Position numbers and translations under genes: made by a program. 64,000 bases of DNA from Octopus vulgaris. Lineage: Eukaryota. The notes under the pieces were generated by a model. The model was not told the origin of the DNA. It did no database searches and saw only the letters and a list, made by a program, of their open reading frames with translations. This document shows, one piece after another, positions 51,168-64,000 of the stretch (positions within the stretch are counted from its first letter, which is position 1; the number at the start of each line of letters is the position of its first letter). The stretch spans positions 46,562,001 to 46,626,000 of the forward strand of contig OX597817.1 of the NCBI GenBank assembly GCA_951406725.2, read 5' to 3'.

Positions 51168-51720
51168 CGCATGTGTTATAACACTATTCCGCATATACAC
51201 AAACAGCCATACCAACAATCCAACATACCTCCATCATCGGCTGCCCCACGGATATTATTATGGTTTCGACACCTGAGCAGTGTCATTCAATATATGTGTG
51301 TGTGTATCATATATATATACTCTAAATGTATGCATGTAGATTTTTCTGTATATTAATGGTTGTGTATTTGTGTATATTTATGGGTGTATATTTGTGTATA
51401 TTTATGGGTATATTTATAGGTCTATAGTTCATTATTAAATATATGCTTTTAATATGTATATATGAGTTAAATATACCTGACTGAAACATTTATGGTAGTG
51501 AAGTGCTTGCATATACATACATGTAAGTGCATTTGTTTGCGCGTGTATAGTAAAGCCATTGTCCAGGGAATACAGAAAGGGTATGTGTACTTCTAGGAGT
51601 ACAGGATTCACTGCAGACTTATGCAATACATAGTATTTATGTACATATGTATGATCATATTAATTATGTATGTTTCCTTTTTAATTATATTATTTTCATC
51701 TCTCTGCCTCAAATCAAACG

Positions 51721-51771
<51 letters not shown>

Positions 51772-52382
51772 TAACCTATACATATATGTATGTATGTATC
51801 TATGTATGTATATATGTATGCATCCATATTCCGCTTTCATGAATTCATTGGAAATAATTTCACACCCAGGCCAGTTGGATAATGTATATCAGTTATCCGC
51901 TGAATAAATATAATTACAGCCTCATATTTTCCGTTGAAATCGAAGTCCCCCGCTTCTCTGATATACTATATCGAAGACATTGCAATGACTTGTTTTTCAT
52001 TGGTCGGGATCAAAGGCTAGAAGCGTTATGATGTATACCTGGGGCTGATTCAAATCATCGATATTCTAATCAGATTCCATATTTTATCCTACGTATAGAT
52101 TAAGACGGAAGAATAGAAATAACATCGCCTTCGGCACTTTTTTTCTTCTGCTCGTTCCTTCAAACATCCGCACAAGGAAAGGAAAATTGTTTTCCTGTAT
52201 ATTTTTGTCACTTAGCACCGGAATAAGACTTCTGAAAATTATTAATGAAACAGAATTTCAAGCGTATGGTTTGGTTGCAGCCTTACATATAATAATAATT
52301 TCATGTATTTTTCTTGTAAATCCATTTCCAGATAACATAGAAGATATCGTTCCCTCACACGCATTCTCTCTCTCTCTCTCTG

Positions 52383-52415
<33 letters not shown>

Positions 52416-54198
52416 TTCAATCTCTCTCCCTCTTACATTTTTATCCTCTCTCTTTCTGTCCGTTCCGTTTTATCCGTTTATTTATTCCAGCTTTGAAATT
52501 GCTTTATGTTTTTATTTCACTCTCTGAAGTCAGGTTTTCGCTGTTTGCTTCTCTTGTAATTTTTCATTATTTATTTTCCTACCAAAAGAAAAGAATCATA
52601 ACAAAAAAAAAACAAAAAAAAACAAAGCAAAACATAAACTATCCGATCGTCGACATTTGATGCCCGAGAGAACATAAAATTAGATTTTCTCCCCTATCAT
52701 TGCGTATCTGTTGCAAAGAAAATTCCTAAATTGAGTAGAACCTTCTTTACCTCTCTCAAACAATCTTAGAAATTCTTTCCCCAAAGCAAACTTTTTTGCA
52801 ATATTTTCTAGCCTGCTACTTCTTCAGAGGGCTATAGAATGACGGGTAATTCTTATGAACAAATTTTCTAGAATAATTCTATCATTAATTTCGTGGAATC
52901 TGTATTAACAATAATTAATTCCAATTATCTTGAGAATAAAGCGTTTTTTTTTGCTTGTTAGATTTTTATTTGTTTATCCCACTATACGATAAAGATGTTG
53001 GCTCTCCAGCAATGTCAAACACTAATGATTACACCCTTCTCTTCTTTATATAATTCATTATTAAATTTAAATATAATGTGGTAAGCTGGCAGAATCGTTT
53101 GCACACCGGGAACACATGACTGGCAGTATTTCATCCGTCTTGACGTTCTGATTTCAAATTCCGTCGAGGTCGACTTTACCTTTCATCCTTTCAGGTCTTG
53201 TACCTTCAGTCGATGGGACTACTAAATCTAAATATGTAGTTTTAGTATCGTTTTTATACTAACGACATATGCTATTGTCATTTTTATTTGGTCTTCGTCA
53301 GTATGAGCTTTGAGGATATGGTCTGTCGCTTCCAGCGTTCGATGGAGCTTTTCTTCCCTACCAAAATAATAGTGGGTGTATTACCTTGTTCTGTTCTGGT
53401 GGGGGAAAAGATTTTCAGATCATATTTCTTTCCATACGTTTTCATACACGAGTTTTATTAGAAGTCCGACTACATTGATATCGACAATGCCAAATACTAT
53501 ACCACTCTCACAAATTATCTCCACGCGCTTGATACGACATAATCAATATACATTGACGAGTAAAGTGATATTACATCCATGCCACCTATAAAGCAATCTG
53601 TAAGGTCACAGAAGTAGTTGCAATCATTGATTTTCTGAGATCTTCAGTGCAACCAGAGATGAATGGTGACATGTGACATTTTTACTAGCGTGTGTATGAT
53701 TACTGAGAGAAAATATGACAGTCTGTAGTTGTTGGGAATGTTGACTCCGCAAAGTGATCGAATTGGAAGTCCAGTAACTAGATAAGTGACAGGTGTGGGA
53801 TATTTTCTAGTTCCATACCGTGTATGTATGCCATTTTTGTGACCTGGAAGTTGTTTTTAGTATATCACCTTGGCTGCACCACATATTCGAGTGCAGGTTA
53901 ATTGCTTTTTAGCACTCTCATAATATTGTGTTGTAACCTCTAGCAAATTAATTTTGTTTTTATTTAGGCACGAGCCAAACAATTTTTGAGGGGAGAGTAA
54001 ATCAATTACATCGACACTATTGCTCGATAGGTACTTTTTTAACGATACGCAAGGGAGGGGCTAGTTAGACGTGACCACGACGGCATTTGAACTCAGAACC
54101 TTCAGAACTGAAAGAAATGACGCAAAGCTTTTTGTCCAGCATGCAAGTGATTCTGCTAGCTCTTTCGTCTGTATGCTATTAATGATATGTGGATGCAT

Positions 54199-54431
54199 AA
54201 GGTGGCGAGCTGGCAGAACCGTTAGCACGCCGGGCGAAATGCGTGGCCGTATTTCGGCTGCCGTTACGTTCTGAGTTCAAATTCCGCAGAGGTCGACTTT
54301 GCCTTTCAACCTTTCACGGTCAATAAATTAAGTACTAGTTACACACTGGGGTCAATGTAATCGACTTAATTCGTTTGTTTGTCCTTGTTTGTCCCCTCTA
54401 TGTTTGGCCCCTTGTGGGTAATAAAGAAACA
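54199..54431 (+). mobile_element. SINE-A with 15-bp TSD
   Basis: gatatgtggatgcat (54184-54198) / gatacgtggatgcat (54432-54446). Confidence 0.88.
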
Positions 54432-55629
54432 GATACGTGGATGCATTTTCCTGGATATAGTTTGGTACTCTTAAACTCTCTACATACCTTTCTATCAGAC
54501 TCAGCTATGGAGAAACACAGCACGTCCCTATTTTAATGCGCTGTCACAAATTTTTTCGGAACCGTGTCTGACTCCAATATCATGTTGATGGGTAACCATT
54601 ATTTTACGTTTCTTACTGTATTAGTCTTAGAAACCTAAGTTTCAATTCGGACAGTGTAAATATTTCCTCTGAGTATAGTGAAATGCAGACTCTTTTATTA
54701 AATGTTAGTGGGGATGTGTACATTCCAGTTTGCAAGCGGGGTTTACTGAAGGTATTTTGAGGGTATTAGTGTTACTGTCATCAATATCAGTAATAAGGTT
54801 ATATCAAGGTTGTTATACATCCTCTAATTTGTTGCTGTTGTTGTTGTTGTAACACATTATCTGTATTCTTGGGCGAGTTATTGTTCTTTTTGTTACTCCT
54901 TAACTTTGATCCAATTTGTATGAAAGTGTTTTTCCCTTTCTGAGAGACATTCAGCATTATCGATCTTCTTGTGTTAAGTAAAGTTTAGTGCTAATGCCAA
55001 AGGAGAAGTTTCTTCTGTGTCCAGTTGTAAAGCATGGCAATTTCTAGTGGCTGTTTGTGCGTAGGTAATTGTATTTTTAGTTTGTTTGTATTAAAATTGA
55101 AACGTAGCATACTATCACGCGTATTAATTCCATCAATGGCGTTAGGTTAACTCCGTTTCTCGCTAGTAGATTGTAGTTCTGGTTATCGACGTTTTCATTA
55201 CTACATCCATATTAGTTTGCGCAAAAGTGACTGTTACAACTGTTTCTTTCACATTAAATAACATAGAAGAATGTTTCCATCTCCAGTGCAGTGAGAATGA
55301 CTTTAATTTCATGGATTAGTATCCATTTCTTTGTTGGCTAACTGCAATGTAGATTTTCGGTTTCATATTTACTAGTATTATATGCTGTAATTGTTTCTGT
55401 TTGTCTTTCAGCATGACGTTTTGTGAGAATGAGCTTGCTTACTGCTGATATGATGGAATTTGTACACAATTTGCAAGAGATGGATTTTTTAATATATTGT
55501 CAATTTTTTCTTTGTTGTTATTTTGTTATTTACGCTGCAAAATACAGCATTTTTCTGTTTTCCTGGTAACTTAGCTAAAGCTTGCGATCTTTTGGTTTTG
55601 AATATGTTTCGCAATATATATATATATGT

Positions 55630-55701
<72 letters not shown>

Positions 55702-55848
55702 AATAGTGTACATTTAAATACAAGAGAAACTACCTTTAACAGGTACTTTTACATGCTAGAAGAATCAGTCAGAACGACCGAAACCACATTGAAGAGCAAT
55801 TTCGAAGGGAATGAAAAATAAAAACTTTTACCTTGTTATTTTATTACC

Positions 55849-55916
55849 GTTATAACTAGGTTTCAAATATATTTAGCAAATAAAAACAATTGCCAGCCGA
55901 AATTCTCATCAGTAAC
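55849..55916 (-). ncRNA. Hammerhead ribozyme-like motif (solo)
   Basis: Minus strand reads gtta-ctgatga-gaat...attt-gaaa-cctagtta-taac. CUGAUGA and GAAA boxes are intact. Confidence 0.5.
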
Positions 55917-56077
55917 CGCGCCATAACATTAACATATAATTTAGAGACAAATAACGTGTTTTATCATTATATGTTATAATTTTTCAAGCTCCCCGTGCAA
56001 GCGCAATTTAAGTCGGCATAGGCCACTAGAAGTGAAATTTCTAAAAATATTTGCAACTCTATATATTTTACGTAAAT

Positions 56078-56123
56078 AGATAGATAGGTAGATCGATAGA
56101 TAGATAGATACATACATACATAC

Positions 56124-56180
<57 letters not shown>

Positions 56181-56186
56181 TAGACT

Positions 56187-56265
<79 letters not shown>
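56078..56265. repeat. Compound (TAGA)/(TACA)/(CAGA) tetranucleotide array
   Basis: Direct inspection. Confidence 0.95.
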
Positions 56266-56764
56266 TATGTAAATCATTTCCATTTAAAGAAACGCCTGAT
56301 ACTGAAAAGATGGGAGGCGTGGAGAGGCAAAATAGGAACACCGATACATGTTACATAAGAAAACACATCCCGCGGTTTAGGTGAAAGTACAGAACACAAG
56401 CGAGGGTTCAATTAAAATAAACAAATACGCCTATTCTATGAACATGCCATACAGAAAGTCAAATAAGTGTTGAAAAGTCCTTCAGACCCAAACTTTGGAC
56501 AGATTAGAGAAGCTATGTAAATATAGCAAGCCGACAATTAATATAAGGAATAAGAGGAGGGGAAAAAGCCCTAACCAAAACCAGTTCCACTTAGCAGAGA
56601 AAGGCATAATTATATACAAAAGCAACTAATGTCAGCCCATGCGCACCAGCTTTTAATTTTGTTACCAACAAATCGAGTGAAGGAAACAAATAATCACAAA
56701 TGCCATCGGCATCCATGCTTGCTCCAGATAAATACGGTGTACATAAATTCAGTTTACAATCCGA

Positions 56765-56880
56765 AAAATTTAGAACACTTGCAACCAAATGTTATTTTCC
56801 AACAAGATGGGGGACCGCCCCATTGGGGTTGAGTGTTGGAGAGTTTCTTGATGAAATTTTCCCAAGGATTAGAAAAGGCA
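56765..56880 (+). pseudogene. Tc1/mariner transposase fragment
   Basis: LQPNVIFQQDGGPPHWGLSVGEFLDEIFP matches the FQQDGAPPHW catalytic-D region. Confidence 0.7.
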
Positions 56881-57232
56881 GTCCAAATTAGGTAAATTAA
56901 CGGACAGTATATATAACAACAACAACAAAAACAGCTAAAAGTCAATCGTTTGGAAGGTTACAGCTTGACGTTGTGAAGAATAATTTGTTAGAAGAGAAAT
57001 ATAGACTACAACGAAGCGTGTTTATAGGTATATTAGTTATGACACATCATAAATATGACAATATTGTGGTAGGGCTTCCAAATCAAAGCGAAATCTTTCT
57101 CTCTCTCTCTCTCCCTCTCCCTCTCTGTCTATCTATGTATCCGTCTATTTATTTCTATTCGTCTTATATTTCTCTCTTTCTCCCCCCTCTCTCTCTCTCT
57201 TTCTCTTCTGCTATCTCCTTCTCTCTCCATCT

Positions 57233-57264
<32 letters not shown>

Positions 57265-57292
57265 ACATATATATATATATATACACACACAC

Positions 57293-57694
57293 TGTGGCCA
57301 TGCTGGGGCACCGCCTTTAGTCGAGCAAATCGACCCCAGGACTTGTTCTTTGTAATCCTAGTACTTATTCTATCGGTATGTTTTCCCGAACCGCTAAGTT
57401 ACGGGGACGTAAACACACCAACATCGGTTGTCAAGCGATGTTGGGGGGACAAACACAGACATACAAACACACACACACACATATATACATATATACATAT
57501 ATACATATATACATATATGTATATATATACATATATACGGCGAGTTTCTTTTCAGTCTTCGTCTACCAATTCCACTCACAAGGCTTTGGTCGGCCCGAGG
57601 CTATAGTAGAAAACATTTGCCCAAGGTGCCACGCAGTGAGACTGAACCAGGAACCACGTGGTTTGTAAGCAAGCTACTTACCACACAGCTACTC

Positions 57695-57696
<2 letters not shown>
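57293..57696 (-). mobile_element. SINE-B
   Basis: Reverse-complement match. Confidence 0.85.
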
Positions 57697-57754
<58 letters not shown>

Positions 57755-59085
57755 CCATTTTGATACGTATCTTTGAGTCATATAATCAATGTAATCGCAA
57801 ACTTTCATCGTAAACAAAATAATAAACAGAAAGGAGCTCCGATATTTCTATAAACATTATTTGGAAATGGATGAACTTCACTATTCAATCAATTTTTCTG
57901 CTGAATATGTATTAATCATAACAATAATTCATTATGTGATTAGTAGAGACCTAAGTAAATCACAAAATATTGGTTAATAAGATCGTTAATGCTTTCTCTC
58001 CTATGCACTAGATAGCATGAAAATGCATTCAACTGTACACAAATGCACCACATTACTATTTCCTTTGTTTTAGAATCAATATTCATATGTATTGTGCGAA
58101 AAGCTTTGGAAGAAATTTCAGTCTTGTGAGAGAATGCGAAACAATGGATAGTCACTCTTTGAAAATGCTGAATGTGACGAACACAATATAAGCATGGTGT
58201 TCCATAAAAAAAAATATGGAACAAAAATTTATGCTGATAACAGAAAAATATAAATAAAGATTTGTAGAAAGGTTATTTTGCAGCAACAACTAATTAATAT
58301 GGGATTTGTGTTTTGTTAAGATGCTTAATTCTCATGTAATTGTTGCCACCGTTGCTGTTGCGGCTTGATTACGTTCTATCGGATTTCTTGAAAACTAATT
58401 TTCTCTGCTCTTTTGTATTATTTTATATTTTTCTACCTAAAAGGCTTTTATTTCTCTTATCTTCTTGTTTACATTCCCAATCATAATTCATAGATTTTTG
58501 CTTTTATTCACAAATGCGAAAATACATTATTCAATCATTTTTTTGTTTTTTATTCAGTTATCTAAAGAGGAAGAGAGAAAAAACAACTAGAATAAAATTT
58601 AATCTTCATTTTCAAAGAGAAATACAAAATGATATTTCGTTTCCAAAACTAATTTAAAGTAATCTACCGCAACACACAACGTAGAAAGTGAACTTATGTA
58701 TGTTATTATTTACAGAGGCAATTGAAATTTTCAATACCAAAATGATTATAGACACGCATTTCGCGGATAGTCTTGAAACTGATGTGACATGTTGCTCAAT
58801 TTAAATTGAAACAATAGACATTAAACCTAGATAAATAATTGTATCAATGTTTTAAATCAAATCAAATGAAATCAAACTGAAGCGTATTCTTAATGATGAA
58901 TAACCACGTAATTGTCACAACATTTAAAACTAATATTCATAATCAGCTTATTAGATAGATGTATATAGCGCTCTGGTGCTCTACATCTCATTGTAAAATG
59001 GTAACCGATGTAGGGACAGAAGCAGCAATGCTGAATAAAGAAATGCATCAAAGATGGCCAAAAGTACACGGTAGTCAACAGTGCA

Positions 59086-59318
59086 AAGGCGGCGAGCTGG
59101 CAGAAACGTTAGCACGCCGGGCGAAATGCTGAACAGTATTTCGTCTGTCTGTATGTTCTGAGTTCAAATTCCGCCGAGGTCGACTTTGCCTTTCATACTT
59201 TCGGGGTCGATTAAATAAGTACCAGTTACGCACTGAGGTCGATGTAATCGACTTAATCCGTTTGTCTGTCCTTGTTTGTCCCCTCTGTGTTTAGCCTCTT
59301 GTGGGTAGTAAAGAAATA
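59086..59318 (+). mobile_element. SINE-A with perfect 16-bp TSD
   Basis: ggtagtcaacagtgca at 59070-59085 and 59319-59334. Confidence 0.92.
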
Positions 59319-60034
59319 GGTAGTCAACAGTGCACAGGATACAATACAAGTCAGAAATTTGAACAGTGAAAGAGCCACGAAAAGGAAAGTATGCACTGGT
59401 ATGTCAGCAGTGTTTGGGATGCATCGAAGTTTTGGAGCATGCAGTGTCCTGACAGCTAAAAACCGACGTAGGTAGTTTATTTCATGCTTCAACAATTCTG
59501 AGCATGAAAAAATTTTTTTACTGAAAGTAATGTGTGTTCCATTGTATTTCGATTTTATAATTGAGTCTGTGCGTCAAAAAGATATTGAAATTTAAAATGT
59601 AACCAAAACTGTTGATGGAAAAATGGTAACCATTTGGTTTTCTGTTTAACCAGCTGCAAGACGGAGAAACTTTACTGGGTCAATACTCACAGAAGTAAAA
59701 TCTTCTAGCTATGGCGATGAATGACAGCATTCGTCTAGTTGCACGTCTCTGGACAGCCCCAGTTGACTAATATTCTCGACAAAATGAGAATTCAAGATTT
59801 AAAATGCAAACTCGACATCTACAATCGTGTTTAAAATGTCTGGGAGCTTCTACCGTAAATATAATGATCTGAAGTTACGAACAAATAGAAGACCGCTCGC
59901 TATATTTTCCTAATGATATTTCTAAAAGTGTCATTTCTGTCATAAATCAGGTTAGTGTTTCTGAACTCAGTATTTTGATATCTTTGTATTTTACCAGAAT
60001 TCTTTATATAAGTTACATGTGATAAGATAAGATA

Positions 60035-60580
60035 AGGCAGAGAGCTGGCAGAAACGTTAGCACGCCGGGCGAAATGCTTAGCGGTATTTCTTCTGCCGTT
60101 ACATTCTGAGTTCAAATTCCGCCAAGGTCGACTTTGCCTTTCAACCTTTCGGGGTCGATTAAATAAGTACCAGTTAATCTGTGTGTCTGTCCTTGTTTGT
60201 CCTCTCTGTGTTTAGCACCTTGTGGGTAGTAAAGAAATATGTATTTCGTCTGCCGTTACGTTCTGAGTTCAAATTCCGCCGAGGTCGACTTTGCCTTTCA
60301 TCCTTTCGGGGTCGATTAAATAAGTACCAGTTACGCACTGGGGTCGATACAATCGACTTAATCCGTTTGTCTGTCCTTTTTTGTCCTCTCTGTGTTTAGC
60401 CCCTCGTGGGTAGTAAAGAAACAGGTATTTCGTCTGCTGTCTACCAAACCCACTCACAAGGCTTTGGTCGGCCCGAGGCTATAGTAGAAGACACTTGCCC
60501 AAGGTGCCACGCAGTGAGACTGAACCCGGAACCATGTGGTTGGTAAGCAAGCTACATACCACACAGCCACTCTTGCACCT
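60035..60580. mobile_element. SINE-A dimer (+) fused to the 5' half of a SINE-B (-)
   Basis: Junctions at 60240 and 60424, then tctaccaaacccactcacaagg...acacagccactc. Confidence 0.85.
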
Positions 60581-61204
60581 ATGGTAGATCAAAATTTTTG
60601 GTAGATCATTTAGTGGCAGATCAAAATTTTTTGGCTATTTCGGAAAAACTCATTTCAAGAAGAAGTTCAACAAAGTTATAGAAGTTTATCGGAGGGATAA
60701 TAATGAAATAGCAAGAAGACGAATTTATATAAAGCATTGTTATTTAAAGAGGCAGCTACAAAGAAATAACCGTATTTGGTGATCAACTGGTGTATAATCC
60801 ACTCAGGGTTTAAACGAATTAACAGGACGTATTTGTTGCACAACAACTAAACTTATGAACACAAAGCATGCACGTTTCATGTAGAGCTCTGCATTAGAGA
60901 GTTTTCAATTGCATCAAATAAGTTTAATGAAAGGTATTTGTATTCGTACTTTTCCAGTCCGATAGAAAATACTAAGCGCAACGTTTCGCTATGCTGTCAT
61001 TTAAAAAATCGTTTTTATACCTACTGTGCAACAATGGGCGCAACTCTCTCACTAACATAGATAAATACATACATACGTTAATATATATGTATGGATGCGT
61101 CCTTATATATGTACCTGTATGTGTATAAATATATATACTTACATACGTACATACATATATATATATGTATATACACATACATATATATATATGTATGCAC
61201 ACAC

Positions 61205-61248
<44 letters not shown>

Positions 61249-61376
61249 ATGTATAAATATAAAACAACGATGTATGCACATATGTACATAAATATATATG
61301 TATATATACATAAACGTATGAACCTTTATGTGTACCTATATATATAAATATATATATACACGCACATATATACATA

Positions 61377-61422
<46 letters not shown>

Positions 61423-62619
61423 CATACATATATACATATACGTATACATATGTGTGTATGTATATATATATATATATATATATACATACATTATATATAT
61501 ATGTATACATATATATGCATATATATATGTGCAAATGTGTTCGTATGTAATTACACATACAGGTGTATCTATCTACCTGTATGTGTGTGTGTGTTTAGTT
61601 GCCTAGCGATATATTTGCTTTACTTTTTTTTTCTTAGTGTATGCCATCTTTTACAAATAGTACTTCAGTGAATTCTCTTTTCTTTCTCTCCTTTTATTTA
61701 GCTTTGCATTTAAAACATTTCTTCCAAAGAAGACTTGGGAACATTCGAAGTGGGAATTGGTAACGCAAATATATCGTATTTTGGACAGTGTTCACTTATA
61801 AAAATGTCAATAAAAGAGCAAATGAATACATTGGAAACAGACAAGTTTATTTAATTACTACGGATGCCTTTATAGTAATTACTCTCAGGAATTTTGTATT
61901 ATTTACTTTAATTTATTCATATGTATGTCGTAATCTAATTGTTGTCGTGTAATTACGCTGTCACAGCGCCATTTTCTATGGCGACGATTACAACAGATGA
62001 AAACGGGTTTTATACAAACCAAGAAAACTGTCGCAAAATAAAAACTTAGTTTTAAATGGTTAATCGGAATATTAAACACAAAAGTACTGGTAATTTGATT
62101 GAACAGAAATTCTCGTTTTTTTACATTTAATTTACTCTTTCTCTGGTTTAGGAAAGAGATCAATAAATCTATCTAGTTGAAGGGCTAGATCAATTTATCT
62201 ATTTATCTGTCTATAGTTTATATACATACACGTGCCTCTATACGCAATGCATGTGGTGTTTCCAATTGTGGCTATTACAGATATATAGACGTTGACAACA
62301 GGAAATGTAGATAATCCAACCATGTGTTGCAGGTCAAAAGATGATAAGCATTGGAATACATATGTGTATCTATTGAATAGTGTTAATAGGACAAGAACTA
62401 AGATGATGACAATAAAAAAAATTGAGGTATGCAATATCTCATGTTCATGATGAGTGACTATTTGAAGAAGGAAATTCACTGTATTGATATACGTCTCTGA
62501 ACAGTACAACTTGAATATTTCACACACATAGACACACACAAATGGTCATCGCCCTTGCGGTGGTGCGGTTAGATCCGTCAGTGCATAGACACTGAATATG
62601 TAAACAAGTGCCTGTCCAA

Positions 62620-62922
62620 CAGTGATTTCATCATCCATACTCTCAACAATACGCTCTTAAATATTGTTTCTGATTACAAATATCTTGGGTCATACATATC
62701 ATCATCTGAAAAAGATTTTCTCATTAGACAGGGTGTGGTCTGGTCAGCTTGTAATGATTTGCATAAGATCTGGTCATCAAATCTAAGTAGAGATTTCAAA
62801 CTTAAAATCTTCGAAGCCACAGTCGAACCAATTCTACTATATGGCTCAGAAACCTGGACGTTATCAAAGAAGCTTGAGAAGCGATTGGATGGAACTTACA
62901 CTCGCCTCCTTATGAGAGCTCA
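62620..62922 (+). mobile_element. RTE-clade LINE RT fragment
   Basis: VSDYKYLGSYISSSEKDF..WSACNDLHKIWSS..KIFEATVEPILLYGSETWTL..RLDGTYTRLL. Confidence 0.85.
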
Positions 62923-63209
62923 AAAAAGCTTACTGTTTAAACCATGTTTGTATTCTGCCAGTCAACAGCCTTATCATTACTTGTACTTTAAACTCATTGG
63001 TTGCATATTTGTGTGAATAGAATCATTTTTCTTTGACATAGAAAAAAAGTCTAACTTTATTCCTTCTTTGGCTGGTTTCTCGAATTTAGGTTAAATCAGT
63101 GTTTCTCAAAGGGGAGGCCTATGGGACGGTGGGACAAGTTGTTTTGAGAAAATTTGGTTTAAATGTTTGACAACTCAGTACTATCCATTGGACGGGGCGC
63201 GTTTTGCTC

Positions 63210-63345
<136 letters not shown>

Positions 63346-63359
63346 CTATACAATATGTT

Positions 63360-64000
63360 ACATTACTCGGTAGTCAAGATAAAACTCTGAGTTTCAGATG
63401 CCGAAGTGGAAATCCACAACACCATCTCTTCGGTTATCTGGCTATTTGAAAACGTTATGAAAAAATACCGTTAAAAATGAAGGGAAATTACTCTGTTATA
63501 ACTCTGCTTTGCCTGCGTACTTATACATCGCTCGCATTTTTCGTCATAAAAATTATATAAAAATACATAAAAATATATAAAAATATATAAAAATATATAA
63601 AATCTTCTTGGGACATAACACAGAAAGCATGTTCTATCCGTTTTCTTTAGGGGACCAAAAACGTAACAGAAATTTAGTCACATGTGGGCATGATCCGAAA
63701 AGCTCTGTCCTTGTATTTAGACATGTGGTAGGGTCTAAGCTGCTTTTCCAGATAAGCCATCTCTCCATGTCGCATAAACCGCACCTTCCGCTGCCGTTAG
63801 TATAGGGCTTACATCTGGCCAAAATCTTCCATTGTATGTTATAATCGACACCTTTATCTCTTAAAGACCAAATATGATTGGATAATTGTGTCGCTTTTCT
63901 TTTGTTCCAGTGCCTAAAGCTCAAAGTGTGGTTATTGAACCTGGCCTTGAAATTACCCTCTGTCAGGCCCACGTATTTCTTCGTCGAAACGGTGTCTTTA
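63360..64000 (-). mobile_element. Penelope-like element of Naiad type: GIY-YIG C-terminus + 3' UTR + hammerhead (runs off the window)
   Basis: Open frame YVGLTEGNFKARFNNHTLSFRH..TQLSNHIWSLRD..IQWKILARCKPY..RCGLCDME..LNTRTELFGSCPH (stop 63634). Clade assignment is inferred from the CxxC insert. Confidence 0.85.
63377..63439 (-). ncRNA. Type I hammerhead ribozyme motif of the PLE 3' end
   Basis: Minus strand reads agataa-ccgaaga-gatg[..gtggatttccac..]catc-t-gaaa-ctc-a-gag-tt-ttatct. Three stems are present, and the core has CUGA->CCGA. Confidence 0.65.

Noticed and set aside
53300-55200. Faint RT-like traces on the minus strand (also LINE-like traces at 18000-19450 and 41900-42420)
   Set aside because: Too decayed to assign boundaries or clade without a profile search.
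63440-63633. Possible SECIS after the Naiad-type ORF (ATGA..AAA..GA on the minus strand)
   Set aside because: The spacing is too short for a SECIS stem, and there is no in-frame TGA in the visible ORF.

Overview
This is a repeat-dominated, AT-rich eukaryotic window. It is very probably intronic or intergenic DNA from an octopus or other cephalopod; that assignment is inferred from the SINE families and the extreme (TA)n/(TG)n/(TAGA)n/(TAA)n content. No host protein-coding gene can be supported, and almost all short ORFs in the track are microsatellite or SINE translations. The one long intact ORF (11935-15624, 1229 aa) is an R4/Dong-type non-LTR retrotransposon with an RT, a CCHC knuckle and a restriction-like endonuclease. 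It sits in a nest of seven co-oriented Dong-like copies from about four subfamilies, all embedded in (TAA)n tracts. The window also holds a 5'-truncated Tx1/L1-clade LINE inside a (TAGA)n array, CR1 and RTE remnants, Penelope-like (GIY-YIG) remnants with hammerhead-ribozyme motifs, Tc1/mariner MITEs, a non-autonomous Helitron, and more than 30 copies of three tRNA-derived SINE families. The most interesting signal is an interlocking retroelement system with four parts. SINE-A shares its 3' tail with the Tx1 LINE. SINE-B shares its tail with the CR1 LINE, with a compensatory change in the stem. SINE-A repeatedly inserts into one exact site in its own head and builds tandem arrays. The (ATT)n tails of a second SINE-A variant appear to supply (TAA)n targets for the Dong elements.
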